64,000 nt of DNA from an uncultured Pseudomonadales bacterium (GTDB lineage Bacteria; Patescibacteriota; Microgenomatia; UBA1400; PJMF01). Of this stretch, positions 1 through 9,303 are shown piece after piece. The translations under genes and the position numbers were made by a program. The notes under the pieces are model-generated. The model searched no databases. It saw only the letters and a program-made list of their open reading frames with translations, and was not told where the DNA came from. The stretch is from positions 57,718-121,717 of the forward strand of contig CAYOQI010000004.1 of assembly GCA_964406075.1 (NCBI GenBank). Reading direction: 5' to 3'. Every line of letters begins with the position of its first letter. Positions within the stretch are counted from its first letter, which is position 1.

Positions 1-281
1 CAAAGGAATGAAAAGAAGCATACGACAGCAGAAACTACGGAATTCGATTATTAAAACGAAGAGATTTAACTCTCTGAAACTTTAATAAAAGAATGCTCGT
101 TAACAAGGTAGTTACAGAAAATTTTAGTCAAAGTTTTTGGCTAAGGATATTGTCATGTCAGCCAAAGAGGGTTCGTTCTCTAATCAACGTTCCTTCCTTG
201 GCTGGCATTACACCCGCGCAAGCGGTGCCTGGCCGAAAACCTAATCTAATCAATCGTTCACTTAAGGAGTTTGTAGAAACA

Positions 282-1352
282 ATGAAGCGTAATTTTGTCA
301 TTCTGTCTGTTATCGTCCTGGCCCTCGTGGCCAGCTTGTCGCCAGTTATGGCACAAGAAGCAACCGAGGAACCCGTTTTTACATGCATCATTTCGGTTAT
401 CGACAACGTTGTTACGCGTGGAGCATGTCCCGAAGCCGCTCTGGCCGCTACTGGTCAAGGTGGTGGATTGACACCTCTCGCAGTTCCGTTCGATTTCATG
501 TCGGAAGCCTACGCCGCCGAAGCATTTGATTTTGGTAACGGTTTCCATCGCGTGAACGCCGCCTTCAATGGCGAATACACCTCATGGTGGCATCAAGAAA
601 GCCTTACGACTAACCGAGCTGTGAAGCCCGGCGAAATCGTCGCAGAAGATGCATTACTTTGGGTGTTTGAACCTGACGACGACGATCTGACCGTTCAATT
701 TACCGTTCAACTGAGTGTCGAGGATATTTTGGATTGGCAGTCGAAAGACTTCCCCTTCCAGCCCTACGACGCGCAGCGTGGTATGTGGATTGATCGCCCG
801 GCTGATGGCGAAAATGTGGCGCTTTTCCTGCTCGGTGATGCCACTTCCTTGAGCATCAATGGATCAATTCCATTTGATGTCTCAATCGATGGTTGCACAG
901 ACTGCGACAAGCCAACATTTGTGGTTAATCCTAGCACGGTAAATATCCCGGCTGAGTGGTTCGCCACTGAAAGTACACGCAAGGTCGATCATGACGCTGC
1001 CATCACTATCCCGATGGTGAATAATGCTGCCGCAGTTCGCGCCGGTACAGAACAACTCGTTCCAGTGACGATCCAGTTTACTGTCTTGAAGGACACGCGC
1101 TTTACCGTACACGCTGGTGCATGGACAGAAGTCGAAAACGCCGAGGCACTGATCGTTGGTGACTGCACGCTGACAGCAGTACAAAACGTGAACGTGCGCA
1201 CCGAAGCGAATTTGACCGCTGCAATTGAAACCGTGCTGGTCGCCGGCGCGAGTTTGCCCGTTGAAAGCCAAGAGAACGACTTTTATGTTGTTCCCGGTGG
1301 CTACGTTTCGAAAAATGCCAACGTCACTCTCTCTGAGGGTTGCGCTGGCTGA
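282..1352 (+). CDS. secreted hypothetical protein; compositionally atypical (GC-rich) gene
   Basis: The track ORF is 93..1352. I prefer the ATG at 282, which is preceded by AAGGAG at 264-269. From that Met the protein starts MKRNFVILSVIVLALVASLSPVMAQE, a typical signal peptide. No family was recognised. Spot GC counts are 52-55% (lines 301 and 1021) versus 30-42% elsewhere. Confidence 0.6.
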   Translation: MKRNFVILSVIVLALVASLSPVMAQEATEEPVFTCIISVIDNVVTRGACPEAALAATGQGGGLTPLAVPFDFMSEAYAAEAFDFGNGFHRVNAAFNGEYTSWWHQESLTTNRAVKPGEIVAEDALLWVFEPDDDDLTVQFTVQLSVEDILDWQSKDFPFQPYDAQRGMWIDRPADGENVALFLLGDATSLSINGSIPFDVSIDGCTDCDKPTFVVNPSTVNIPAEWFATESTRKVDHDAAITIPMVNNAAAVRAGTEQLVPVTIQFTVLKDTRFTVHAGAWTEVENAEALIVGDCTLTAVQNVNVRTEANLTAAIETVLVAGASLPVESQENDFYVVPGGYVSKNANVTLSEGCAG

Positions 1353-1466
1353 ATCAATTTTCCTGTAACACCTTGGAATCCCCCGGTCACAAAACTGGGG
1401 GGCTTCACAAAGTTTATGACCTTGAGTCGTGAATTTTGAAAAGCTAAAAAATTATTAAGGAACTCT

Positions 1467-1697
1467 ATGCAAAACACATTGTCTGCTATTGCACAAATGC
1501 TTATCGCCCTGGCTATCATTGCCGTGGCTGTGGTCATGTATTTATACATGCCAAAAGTCTCACAATACCTCGAGCAGACTGCTCGACATGATTGTGCGCA
1601 AGACTACCGTCTTGCCTTCACTGACAACAACACCACAGTTTCTCGACCTGTCGATGAACTGTACGCCAAGTGTTTAAGTGAAAAAGGTATTAAATAA
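1467..1697 (+). CDS. small single-pass membrane protein (hypothetical)
   Basis: 76-aa ORF with one hydrophobic helix (IAQMLIALAIIAVAVVMYLY). A strong terminator follows it. Confidence 0.5.
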   Translation: MQNTLSAIAQMLIALAIIAVAVVMYLYMPKVSQYLEQTARHDCAQDYRLAFTDNNTTVSRPVDELYAKCLSEKGIK

Positions 1698-1722
1698 TCA
1701 ATACTCTTCAAAAATTATTAAA

Positions 1723-1753
1723 ACAGGTGAGCCACAAACTCACCTGTTTTTTT
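1723..1753 (+). terminator. rho-independent terminator
   Basis: A perfect 9-bp stem ACAGGTGAG / CTCACCTGT (1723-1731 / 1739-1747) with the 7-nt loop CCACAAA, followed by a T7 run (1747-1753). Confidence 0.75.
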
Positions 1754-1811
1754 ATGCTCCTGATGGATTTGTTCATACCACTCTTCCCTCAAGTTCGATA
1801 TAGTAGAAGTA

Positions 1812-2657
1812 ATGGGGAAAATTCTTCTCTTTGGAGCTAAAGATCTCATCATTTTGGCCGTCTTTTCAGTCGCCTGTCTTGCTGTATTTGCAGGGGTAGT
1901 TCTCCCTTTTCAGTTCCCTATTATTCCCTTCGGCCAGTATCAAGTCGGTATTTTCCCAATGGGGTTTGCTTTATACCAACACAATACCAATGGTCCGTAT
2001 TATGGCGTTTCTCCATTTAATGACTTTTATGTCACTTCTTCTGGTTTTCGAGCACCTTTACTCGAGTCGAAAGAATACCAAGACAATAGTTTTAAAACGA
2101 ATATAAATCAGCCTGCCTGGAGACAGATCGGGTTAGTCTGGTCCAATATCTTTCTGAACGCTCAACCGAGTTACATGATTGAAAATGCACGCCACAAGAC
2201 ACTCTATACTGCCAAAATCGCTGAAAATAACCTGCTCTTGCAGAGAAGTACCCAACTCAAAGATAATCAAGTTATTACAGCAGGCGGCATAACCCTTCAG
2301 TATTTTGAAAATGATCTGGTATTAGAACCTCAATCTCGTTATTACTACAATCAAATCTCACCAAAAGATCTTGAGGTGGTCGAAAAAGAAATGTATTTCA
2401 CTCCTCAATACAGAGAAATCCCTGAAGAACTTCCTGATCAGGATAACTTCTCGTGGATTGTGGAGTCGGGAAAGATCGTAGTCGTGAATCCTAATAAACC
2501 AGGAGGATTTATGATTGAAAGCCTTCCAGGTCAAAGTATCTTAGTGCATCCTGTGGCACGCCTTATTGAAGTCGTAGAACAGAACCCTGAGAAATCCTCA
2601 ACTCAGTCTATAGAAATCCGAGTAAAAAACTTTACTGATTTAGGAGATAGTATCTGA
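1812..2657 (+). CDS. N-terminally membrane-anchored hypothetical protein
   Basis: 281-aa ORF with an N-terminal hydrophobic segment (LIILAVFSVACLAVFAGVVL). Its stop overlaps the next start (TGATG at 2655-2659), which suggests translational coupling. Confidence 0.6.
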   Translation: MGKILLFGAKDLIILAVFSVACLAVFAGVVLPFQFPIIPFGQYQVGIFPMGFALYQHNTNGPYYGVSPFNDFYVTSSGFRAPLLESKEYQDNSFKTNINQPAWRQIGLVWSNIFLNAQPSYMIENARHKTLYTAKIAENNLLLQRSTQLKDNQVITAGGITLQYFENDLVLEPQSRYYYNQISPKDLEVVEKEMYFTPQYREIPEELPDQDNFSWIVESGKIVVVNPNKPGGFMIESLPGQSILVHPVARLIEVVEQNPEKSSTQSIEIRVKNFTDLGDSI

Positions 2658-4615
2658 TGATTCAAGCTTTATTTTCTAGCCTTTTTTTCTATCTCCTACC
2701 ACTAGGAACAGGGTTATTTTGTTTTTCGCTGGTTCAGCTCATTCGAGAAACTCGGAATAAAAACCAGCCACTGTATGCCAGATTTGAACATGTTGTGGAA
2801 GAGAAAATTGATCTAGTACTCCACCCACATACTTTTTCCCTAGCCTCACTGTTTTTTTACATAACTTCAGCCTTCACAACTGGAATTGTTGTACTATTTC
2901 TTCTTGCTGTCGGACTCCAATATGGAGTTGTTCAACTGTTGTCATTGCCAACATTTAGCTTTCCTCAACTCTTTTTCCCTCTAGTGTACCTATTAGCACT
3001 TAGTGGTGTTGTTCTTTCTCTGATTACTCAGAAACACTATTTTAAAAAGCTATCTAAAGCTCGATTAACGCAATTCTTACCTGTATTTCTCATCATTTTC
3101 TTGGCTATAGTCACATCTCTTCTCTGGAATTACCGCAGTCCATACTCTCTGAATTGGGATCTGTATCAACATCAATTGATGTCGAGAGTAATTATCGAGA
3201 AGCAATTTAGCCTGACTACCTCGAGCTTATCTGATACGTTTGGGTTTGATAGCTATCCTCCGACTTTCCATCTCCTGATGGCGAGTGCTCAGTGGCCTTT
3301 TGAACTGGCTCCTACTTTCATTACCAGTTTTTGGCAAATCACGGCCTTTTTTCATCTGGCATTAATAGGAATTGCATCGTATCTCCTTGCTCGATCCTTA
3401 TATCCCAATCGCTGGGTCGGGATACTTTCCATCCTGACCGGAATGTTGATATTCGATTCAGTCGTTTCTTTTACTAATATCTTTCTTCTTCCTCAAACCT
3501 TAGCTGCCTTAATTTTTACTCTAGCATTTGCCCACATCATTGCTTTTAAACCTCATTGGCTTCAGATTGCAATATATTTGGTAGCTATTTTCATGTTGCA
3601 CTATGTGGTGGGAACTCTGGCTGTCACCATCTTATTAGCCACTGCCGTAGCCTTTCGAGTAGATAGCTTTTGGTCACCGGTTACTTCTCACTTCCCTTTG
3701 CTTCCAGTTTTTTTCTTTCTTTGTCTGGTTGCCTTGATCGGAGCGCCACAATTGAATTTAAGCGGTCTTAATCAGGGTGAAGCGGCTTTATATACTTATT
3801 CCTTATCTCAAAAGTGGGAATTTGCTCTCAGAGTTTACGGCTGGTTACTGATCATTTTTCTGCCGTTATCAGCTGTCACTATCTATGAAGCCAAAAGCAA
3901 GAAATTAGCCTGGAGTTCACTTATTTTCCTCGGCTTATTAACGATAATCTCAACCCAACTTCCATACATGTTGAAGTTTTATGTTATTACCCGATTTTTC
4001 CTTCATTTCTTTTTAGCCTTGGGTATTTGGAGTATTGTGAAAACGCTTGATTTAAGAATTTCTAAAGCTATTGCCATTATTTTAGTGATTCTGACCTGTG
4101 TGGGATTGTTTGGATACAATATTTCCTTCTGGAAACATGGATTAAATTACCAGGATCAACTTACTCATCTGGATCAATCTGATCTGGATACCGCAGAATT
4201 TTTACAAAAAGTCTATGCTGATCAGGAAATACTTATGATTTCTGATCCGGCTACTCAATTTATTTTGGAAGGCTTTAGTGGGGTGAATTCGCCTGGAGGT
4301 TCATTTATGACTCCTGTAAATCGCAATCTGTTATTTCAAGCTTTATCTCAAGAAGACTCAACTCAAATAAAAAGTCGTCTCGACCAAATGACTGATAAAT
4401 TAAGTACTCAATATGACAAAAAACTCTTTGTGGTTAGCGGACGGACCTTCCTCTGGAAAACAAGTGACGAAAAGTTCAGAAACTCTTTTGATTACAACAT
4501 CTGGTCTCCTCGAGACTTATCATGGCGTGATAAAGAATTTATTGAAAAATTAGACCAGTCAGCTGACTTTTCCATTGTTTTCTCTTCTCCTGTTTATACA
4601 GTCCTAGAGTTTTAA
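2657..4615 (+). CDS. polytopic membrane protein, possibly a GT-C-type (ArnT/PMT-like) glycosyltransferase
   Basis: 652 aa. Roughly 12-14 hydrophobic helices occupy the first ~480 aa, followed by a ~170-aa soluble C-terminal domain. It sits directly upstream of GT2 and GT4 genes. The family assignment is inferred from architecture and context only. Confidence 0.5.
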   Translation: MIQALFSSLFFYLLPLGTGLFCFSLVQLIRETRNKNQPLYARFEHVVEEKIDLVLHPHTFSLASLFFYITSAFTTGIVVLFLLAVGLQYGVVQLLSLPTFSFPQLFFPLVYLLALSGVVLSLITQKHYFKKLSKARLTQFLPVFLIIFLAIVTSLLWNYRSPYSLNWDLYQHQLMSRVIIEKQFSLTTSSLSDTFGFDSYPPTFHLLMASAQWPFELAPTFITSFWQITAFFHLALIGIASYLLARSLYPNRWVGILSILTGMLIFDSVVSFTNIFLLPQTLAALIFTLAFAHIIAFKPHWLQIAIYLVAIFMLHYVVGTLAVTILLATAVAFRVDSFWSPVTSHFPLLPVFFFLCLVALIGAPQLNLSGLNQGEAALYTYSLSQKWEFALRVYGWLLIIFLPLSAVTIYEAKSKKLAWSSLIFLGLLTIISTQLPYMLKFYVITRFFLHFFLALGIWSIVKTLDLRISKAIAIILVILTCVGLFGYNISFWKHGLNYQDQLTHLDQSDLDTAEFLQKVYADQEILMISDPATQFILEGFSGVNSPGGSFMTPVNRNLLFQALSQEDSTQIKSRLDQMTDKLSTQYDKKLFVVSGRTFLWKTSDEKFRNSFDYNIWSPRDLSWRDKEFIEKLDQSADFSIVFSSPVYTVLEF

Positions 4616-4771
4616 GACTCATCCGTTTAATTATTTCCATTGAACTAGCCCAGTTAACTCATTGCCAAAATCAGTTTTATTGGTTATATTCTCACCCTTG
4701 TCCTTACAATCTTTCTCTGGATCTCTTGCACTATAATTGACATTTTCATTATTATAGGATATAATCTCCGC

Positions 4772-5560
4772 ATGATTTTAAACAAATCTATTACACTCAT
4801 CATTCCCTGTAAGAACGAGCAAGGCTCGATCCCTAAGCTTTTGCGACGTGTTCCTACATACGTTGACGAAGTGATCGTCGTCGATAACAACTCTTCAGAT
4901 AATACTTCTGAGGTTGCTCGAAAACTTGGTGCTATCGTCGTTTCTGAAAAAAGAAAAGATAAATTTGGCATTGGGTATGGATATGCTCACCAAAAAGGTA
5001 TGCGATTTGCTACCAGTGACTATATCGTTACGATGGATGGTGACCGCACTTACCCTCTCAATGAGATCAAGAACTTGGTGAAACACATGGAGAAAAACCA
5101 ACTCGACTTTGTGTCATGTACTCGATTTCCTTTAATGCGATCTCAAGCTATTACTAAAATGAGACAATTTGGTGTTTGGATTTTGAACACTGAAGTAAAA
5201 ATGTTGTATCAATATCCTATGCAAGACATATTGAGTGGTATGTGGGCTATGAATAGAAAAACCGCACGCAAACTCAAACTTATTGAAGGTGGATGGGACT
5301 TATCTCCAGAGATTAAGCTTGAAGCTTTACAAACGAAAGATTTGAAGTTTGCTGAGTATCATATTGACCATGCTCACCGAGATAATGGTGCCAGTAAGCA
5401 ACAACTCTGGACTACGGGTTTTAATCATTTAAAGTATATTGCTGTTCGTAGATTTACTCGAGATAATCCAGCTTTCCATTTTTATAAAAAGCAAGTCAAA
5501 AGCTTTCGAAAAGGCTGGGAAATGGTTCTCGAAACCTTTGCACCAAACTTAGCTGAGTAA
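4772..5560 (+). CDS. family 2 glycosyltransferase (polyprenyl-phosphate sugar synthase / Dpm1-like)
   Basis: The N-terminal GT-A signature is present: LIIPCKNEQGSI ... VIVVDNNSSDNTSEVA ... VTMDGD (DxD). The 262-aa size is typical of Dpm1/GtrB-like enzymes. Confidence 0.85.
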   Translation: MILNKSITLIIPCKNEQGSIPKLLRRVPTYVDEVIVVDNNSSDNTSEVARKLGAIVVSEKRKDKFGIGYGYAHQKGMRFATSDYIVTMDGDRTYPLNEIKNLVKHMEKNQLDFVSCTRFPLMRSQAITKMRQFGVWILNTEVKMLYQYPMQDILSGMWAMNRKTARKLKLIEGGWDLSPEIKLEALQTKDLKFAEYHIDHAHRDNGASKQQLWTTGFNHLKYIAVRRFTRDNPAFHFYKKQVKSFRKGWEMVLETFAPNLAE

Positions 5561-5587
5561 TTGAGATAAACACGCTAGAATAAACTC

Positions 5588-6715
5588 ATGCGTATTCTTG
5601 TCACAACTCCCTATTTTCACCCTCATCCTGGCGGAAGCCAACGATATATTGAGGAACTGTATCAGGAGTTGCTCAAAATTTCCCCTGAATCATCAGTCGA
5701 TGTGCTTACTTACAATACAGAACATGTCAAATTTCATGAAAGTTATCATGGAATTGATGTGTATCGTGTTCCCTGCTGGGAAGTTCTTCGAGGTCAATTT
5801 ACCATTCCTCATCCTCTCGCCTTGATTAAAACGCTTCGTTTCTTGAAAAAGAAACGTAATGGGTATGATGTTCTCAACGCCCATACTCGTTTTTTTGATA
5901 CGGCCTGGTGGGGTCCTTTAGCTTCTAAATATCTGAGTGCAAAATCAGTTTTAACTGATCATTGCGCTGCTCATCCAGTTCATCCTTCTTTTATCGTTTC
6001 TTCATTGACTGCTTTACTGGATAAAATTGTTATTCCAGTATTAACTCGAACCTTTGATGCCGTCACTGTCGTAAGTGATGCCACTGGAAAATTTCTCGAG
6101 TCTCAAGGTGGGAAATCGAATTACACGGTCATTTATGGTGGTATTTGGTTAAGAGATAAAAAGCTGACAAAAAAGACTAATAACCAGCTTGTGATTGGTT
6201 TTTTAGGTCGAATGATACCAAGCAAAGGCGCTCAAAGATTACTTACCCTTGCTCAAAAAATGAATACTCAGGAGAAAGATATAATTTTCAAATTTGCGGG
6301 TGATGGACCAATCTTGGAGGAATTAAAACACTCACAATCAAAGAATACACAATTTTTAGGTAAACTCAATCGGCCTCAAGTAAATGACTTTCTCGATCAA
6401 GTAGATATTCTTGTTCACCCATCCACTCATCATGAAGGTTTCCCAAGCGTCTTACTCGAAGCAGGAGCTCATGGTTGTGCTGTCGTAGCTACCCCACAAG
6501 GTGGTACGACTGAGTTGATTATCGATCACGAGACAGGGTTGATTTGTTCTGCAGACGAAAATGACATTCAATCTAAAGTCATTGAATTAATTGAGAACAA
6601 AGGATTAAGAGAAACACTCGGTAAAAAACTCCAACAAAAAGTAGATAAAGAATTTCAATGGCAGGATATTGCCAAAAAGTACAAAAACTTCCTTGAACTA
6701 GTCATTAATTCTTAA
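5588..6715 (+). CDS. GT-B fold glycosyltransferase (family 4 / Glycos_transf_1)
   Basis: 375 aa. The C-terminal motif HPSTHHEGFPSVLLEAGAHGCAVVATPQGGTTELI matches the EX7E-type GT4 signature. Confidence 0.85.
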   Translation: MRILVTTPYFHPHPGGSQRYIEELYQELLKISPESSVDVLTYNTEHVKFHESYHGIDVYRVPCWEVLRGQFTIPHPLALIKTLRFLKKKRNGYDVLNAHTRFFDTAWWGPLASKYLSAKSVLTDHCAAHPVHPSFIVSSLTALLDKIVIPVLTRTFDAVTVVSDATGKFLESQGGKSNYTVIYGGIWLRDKKLTKKTNNQLVIGFLGRMIPSKGAQRLLTLAQKMNTQEKDIIFKFAGDGPILEELKHSQSKNTQFLGKLNRPQVNDFLDQVDILVHPSTHHEGFPSVLLEAGAHGCAVVATPQGGTTELIIDHETGLICSADENDIQSKVIELIENKGLRETLGKKLQQKVDKEFQWQDIAKKYKNFLELVINS

Positions 6716-7961
6716 CTACCAACCTTTTCCACTCTTTCCAAGTCAAAATCATCACCACCACTCGACTGATAATTCGAGCTACAGCGGCTCCCATCAGGCC
6801 AAAAACGGGTATTAGAAGCAAATCAAATAAGATCAGCGTACCACTGAGCAACCACCCAACTCTTGAGAAATACTGCGGATACTCAATGCTGTAAAACAGT
6901 GACGAAAATGGAACAGTCATGAAGAGTAAAAATGAAGAGATGGTTAAAATACGAAACTCAGTCAATGCCATCAAATACTCTGATCCAATTGTGTATTGAA
7001 GCAACCAGGGTGCAGTGATAATGACCGCTAAACAACTTCCCACACTTAACGCTACAATTCCCCAGCTTTTCTTCATAAACGCTTGTCGGTCAGCTTTTAA
7101 TATATATCGACTAGCTCGAATATTGAGCACATTCCCCAAACTAATTGCCAGCACACTAAATAAAAATGCTACTCGAGAAATTCCACCATAAATACCCGTC
7201 AAGTACACACCGAGGAACAGCTGAACAATGAGGACGTCAAGATTATCTGCAATCGCAATCGCAATGACTTGGACGCTATTATGTCGAAGAAACTGAGTCA
7301 AACGACCAGTCAATTCTTTCTCAAAGGTAAAGGTTGGACGTAAATATTTTTTTAACAAAAATAAAAATGGAAGTAATACTAACAACGGTAAAAGGTAGTA
7401 AATGACCGTAATACTAACGGCTGATTTCACTCCGAGAAAGATCAATCCTCCGACGATAAGTAACTTCAAAGCAGATTGCGAAATAAACATCACCATGGCT
7501 GGAATAAACCGATGAAGTGATTGATACAGACTCATACAATGTTCAAACCAGATCCCAATCAAGGCAAAAATCAACGCCGCGGGATAAATCCACCAGGCCG
7601 GAAGTTGGAATGCCCAAGTCACCACCGGAGAAAGCAATAATGCTGGAATCCACAGTAAGAGTAATTTCCACCGAAGACCAGTGATATGTTGCAAAACTTG
7701 TTGCACTTCGTGCTCTGATTTTTCTCTGGCTGTCGGCACAAATTTCTGCATGGCATACAGAAAGCCAGCATCACCAAACTTGATAAATAGCGAAAAAATA
7801 GCAAACACCAGAGAAAAGATTCCGAACTCGACCGGACCTAACATTCGAGAAATCAGGATAATTGTTAAAGCAGAAATACCTGTAGCCACCAGCGTTCCAC
7901 CAAATGTGATTACGCTCTGCTGAAAACCTTGAGAAGAAATGATTTTTTTGAAATCAACCAT
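6705..7961 (-). CDS. polysaccharide/oligosaccharide flippase (MOP/Wzx-like)
   Basis: 418 aa, hydrophobic throughout with about 12 helices. It is convergent with the GT4 gene and overlaps it by 11 nt. Confidence 0.7.
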   Translation of the reverse strand: MVDFKKIISSQGFQQSVITFGGTLVATGISALTIILISRMLGPVEFGIFSLVFAIFSLFIKFGDAGFLYAMQKFVPTAREKSEHEVQQVLQHITGLRWKLLLLWIPALLLSPVVTWAFQLPAWWIYPAALIFALIGIWFEHCMSLYQSLHRFIPAMVMFISQSALKLLIVGGLIFLGVKSAVSITVIYYLLPLLVLLPFLFLLKKYLRPTFTFEKELTGRLTQFLRHNSVQVIAIAIADNLDVLIVQLFLGVYLTGIYGGISRVAFLFSVLAISLGNVLNIRASRYILKADRQAFMKKSWGIVALSVGSCLAVIITAPWLLQYTIGSEYLMALTEFRILTISSFLLFMTVPFSSLFYSIEYPQYFSRVGWLLSGTLILFDLLLIPVFGLMGAAVARIISRVVVMILTWKEWKRLVVKN

Positions 7962-8040
7962 GACTGGAAGTATAAGAGGTACAAGGCACCAGATTCAAGC
8001 AGTAAGGAAAATATGATCATCATCTGGACCTATCTGCACG

Positions 8041-8817
8041 TTAATACTCAACCCGTCGAGCATACCGGAAGTAACGAACCGGAGAGTTCAAGAATTTACA
8101 GGTGTACAAAATAATATCGGCATCATAATCAGTGATTTCTTCACCTTCTTCACCAGCATAAATCTCATACTCATATCGACGTTTATCCCAGATCACTTCA
8201 AACGTATCCCCAACTTCTAATTTATTGAGGTTAAAAAAGGAATTTTGTCGACGATAGGCGTCTGTCCACTTGAGATATCCAAAGCGGTGAGCCAATAAAA
8301 TCATCGGACCAAGACTCTCTGGAGTAGCAAACTCTGTTTCTCGCCATACACCATGGCGCAAAGAATCTTCTGGCTCCACCGATTCTCCAATTTCAGTACG
8401 AACTCCAATCTTAGGAATGACTAACCAATTTCCATCTGGCAAATTTTCATCTCGAGGAGGGAGAACGATTTCAGAGTACAAAGTTCCCTCAGAATACAGT
8501 CCTCCCAGAGGTGATTCAGGTGTCTTGGCTTCAATTTGGACTCGTTCAACGGGTACAAATTTATAAAATGTATCTGGAAATAAGAATGCTGAAGCTACAA
8601 CGATTGACCCAAACAGTCCAATGGAAGAAATCAAGGAAATCAGATGTTTCCCAATTTTTCTTGGCTGTTTCTTAGGAAGAATAGTAGTTTGCACAGCAGA
8701 CCACATGAGCCACTCTTGGACTCTCTGTTCGCGTTGTCTGGCAAAATTGATCGTTGTATATAGCATATTAACTTGATTATTATAGGATACTTTTCCCGTT
8801 TTGTCCAGATACAACAC
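8041..8817 (-). CDS. sortase-family transpeptidase (membrane anchored)
   Basis: An N-terminal TM segment (LISLISSIGLFGSIVVASAFLF) is followed by the catalytic triad context LLAHRFG (His), IILYTCKF (TLxTC-like Cys) and a downstream Arg (RYFRYARR). The exact start is uncertain because there are several in-frame Met codons. Confidence 0.7.
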   Translation of the reverse strand: MLYLDKTGKVSYNNQVNMLYTTINFARQREQRVQEWLMWSAVQTTILPKKQPRKIGKHLISLISSIGLFGSIVVASAFLFPDTFYKFVPVERVQIEAKTPESPLGGLYSEGTLYSEIVLPPRDENLPDGNWLVIPKIGVRTEIGESVEPEDSLRHGVWRETEFATPESLGPMILLAHRFGYLKWTDAYRRQNSFFNLNKLEVGDTFEVIWDKRRYEYEIYAGEEGEEITDYDADIILYTCKFLNSPVRYFRYARRVEY

Positions 8818-8867
8818 ATATAAATAGCCTTGACTTTTTTATAAAGAGCAATGAGAATGATGTCTAT

Positions 8868-9197
8868 ATGACGGAAAAACACCAGCGCTCTGCAGCAACT
8901 ATTGCAATTGAAATAGGTTCAGGCCATCCTGTAACAGAACAAGTAACAAATATTAAGGTTACTTCTGATGACATAACCAGACTTCTGTTGAGAACCTCAT
9001 CAGAAGCAGAACTGCCAAATTTTGACCTTGAAAAAACTGTAACTCAACTTACGGAACTTCAAACTGCACTTCAGCAAGAACAATTCCCAAATGGTCCAGG
9101 AGAAATTGACCCTGAACTCAATACAGCATTGCGTGAACTTTCTTCGTTTTTAAACGGCATCAAACTGATGCAAAAGTTAGCTTCTCGACCAGAATAA
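8868..9197 (+). CDS. hypothetical protein
   Basis: 109-aa ORF, acidic and helical-looking, divergent from the sortase gene and upstream of the ATPase gene. No motif was recognised. Confidence 0.4.
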   Translation: MTEKHQRSAATIAIEIGSGHPVTEQVTNIKVTSDDITRLLLRTSSEAELPNFDLEKTVTQLTELQTALQQEQFPNGPGEIDPELNTALRELSSFLNGIKLMQKLASRPE

Positions 9198-9303
9198 AAT
9201 TCTCTACTTCATTGATCATTTTTAAAAAAAACATAGATCTTTAGAATTTTTTTAGTTATTACCCACTAGTTTCGTACACGCTTTCCGCTGTTATACTACA
9301 AGT

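Noticed and set aside
93-281. N-terminal 63-aa extension of the first ORF in the six-frame track; similarly 35683..35829 for the c-like gene.
   Set aside because: In each case the internal Met is followed immediately by a textbook signal peptide. For the first ORF, an AAGGAG RBS also sits 12 nt upstream of that Met. The upstream extensions look non-coding.
1380-1402. The hairpin CCCCCGG-tcacaaaa-CTGGGGG after the first gene as a terminator.
   Set aside because: The stem is plausible (7 bp including one G-U pair), but no T-tract follows (GCTTCACAAAG). It is not confidently an intrinsic terminator.
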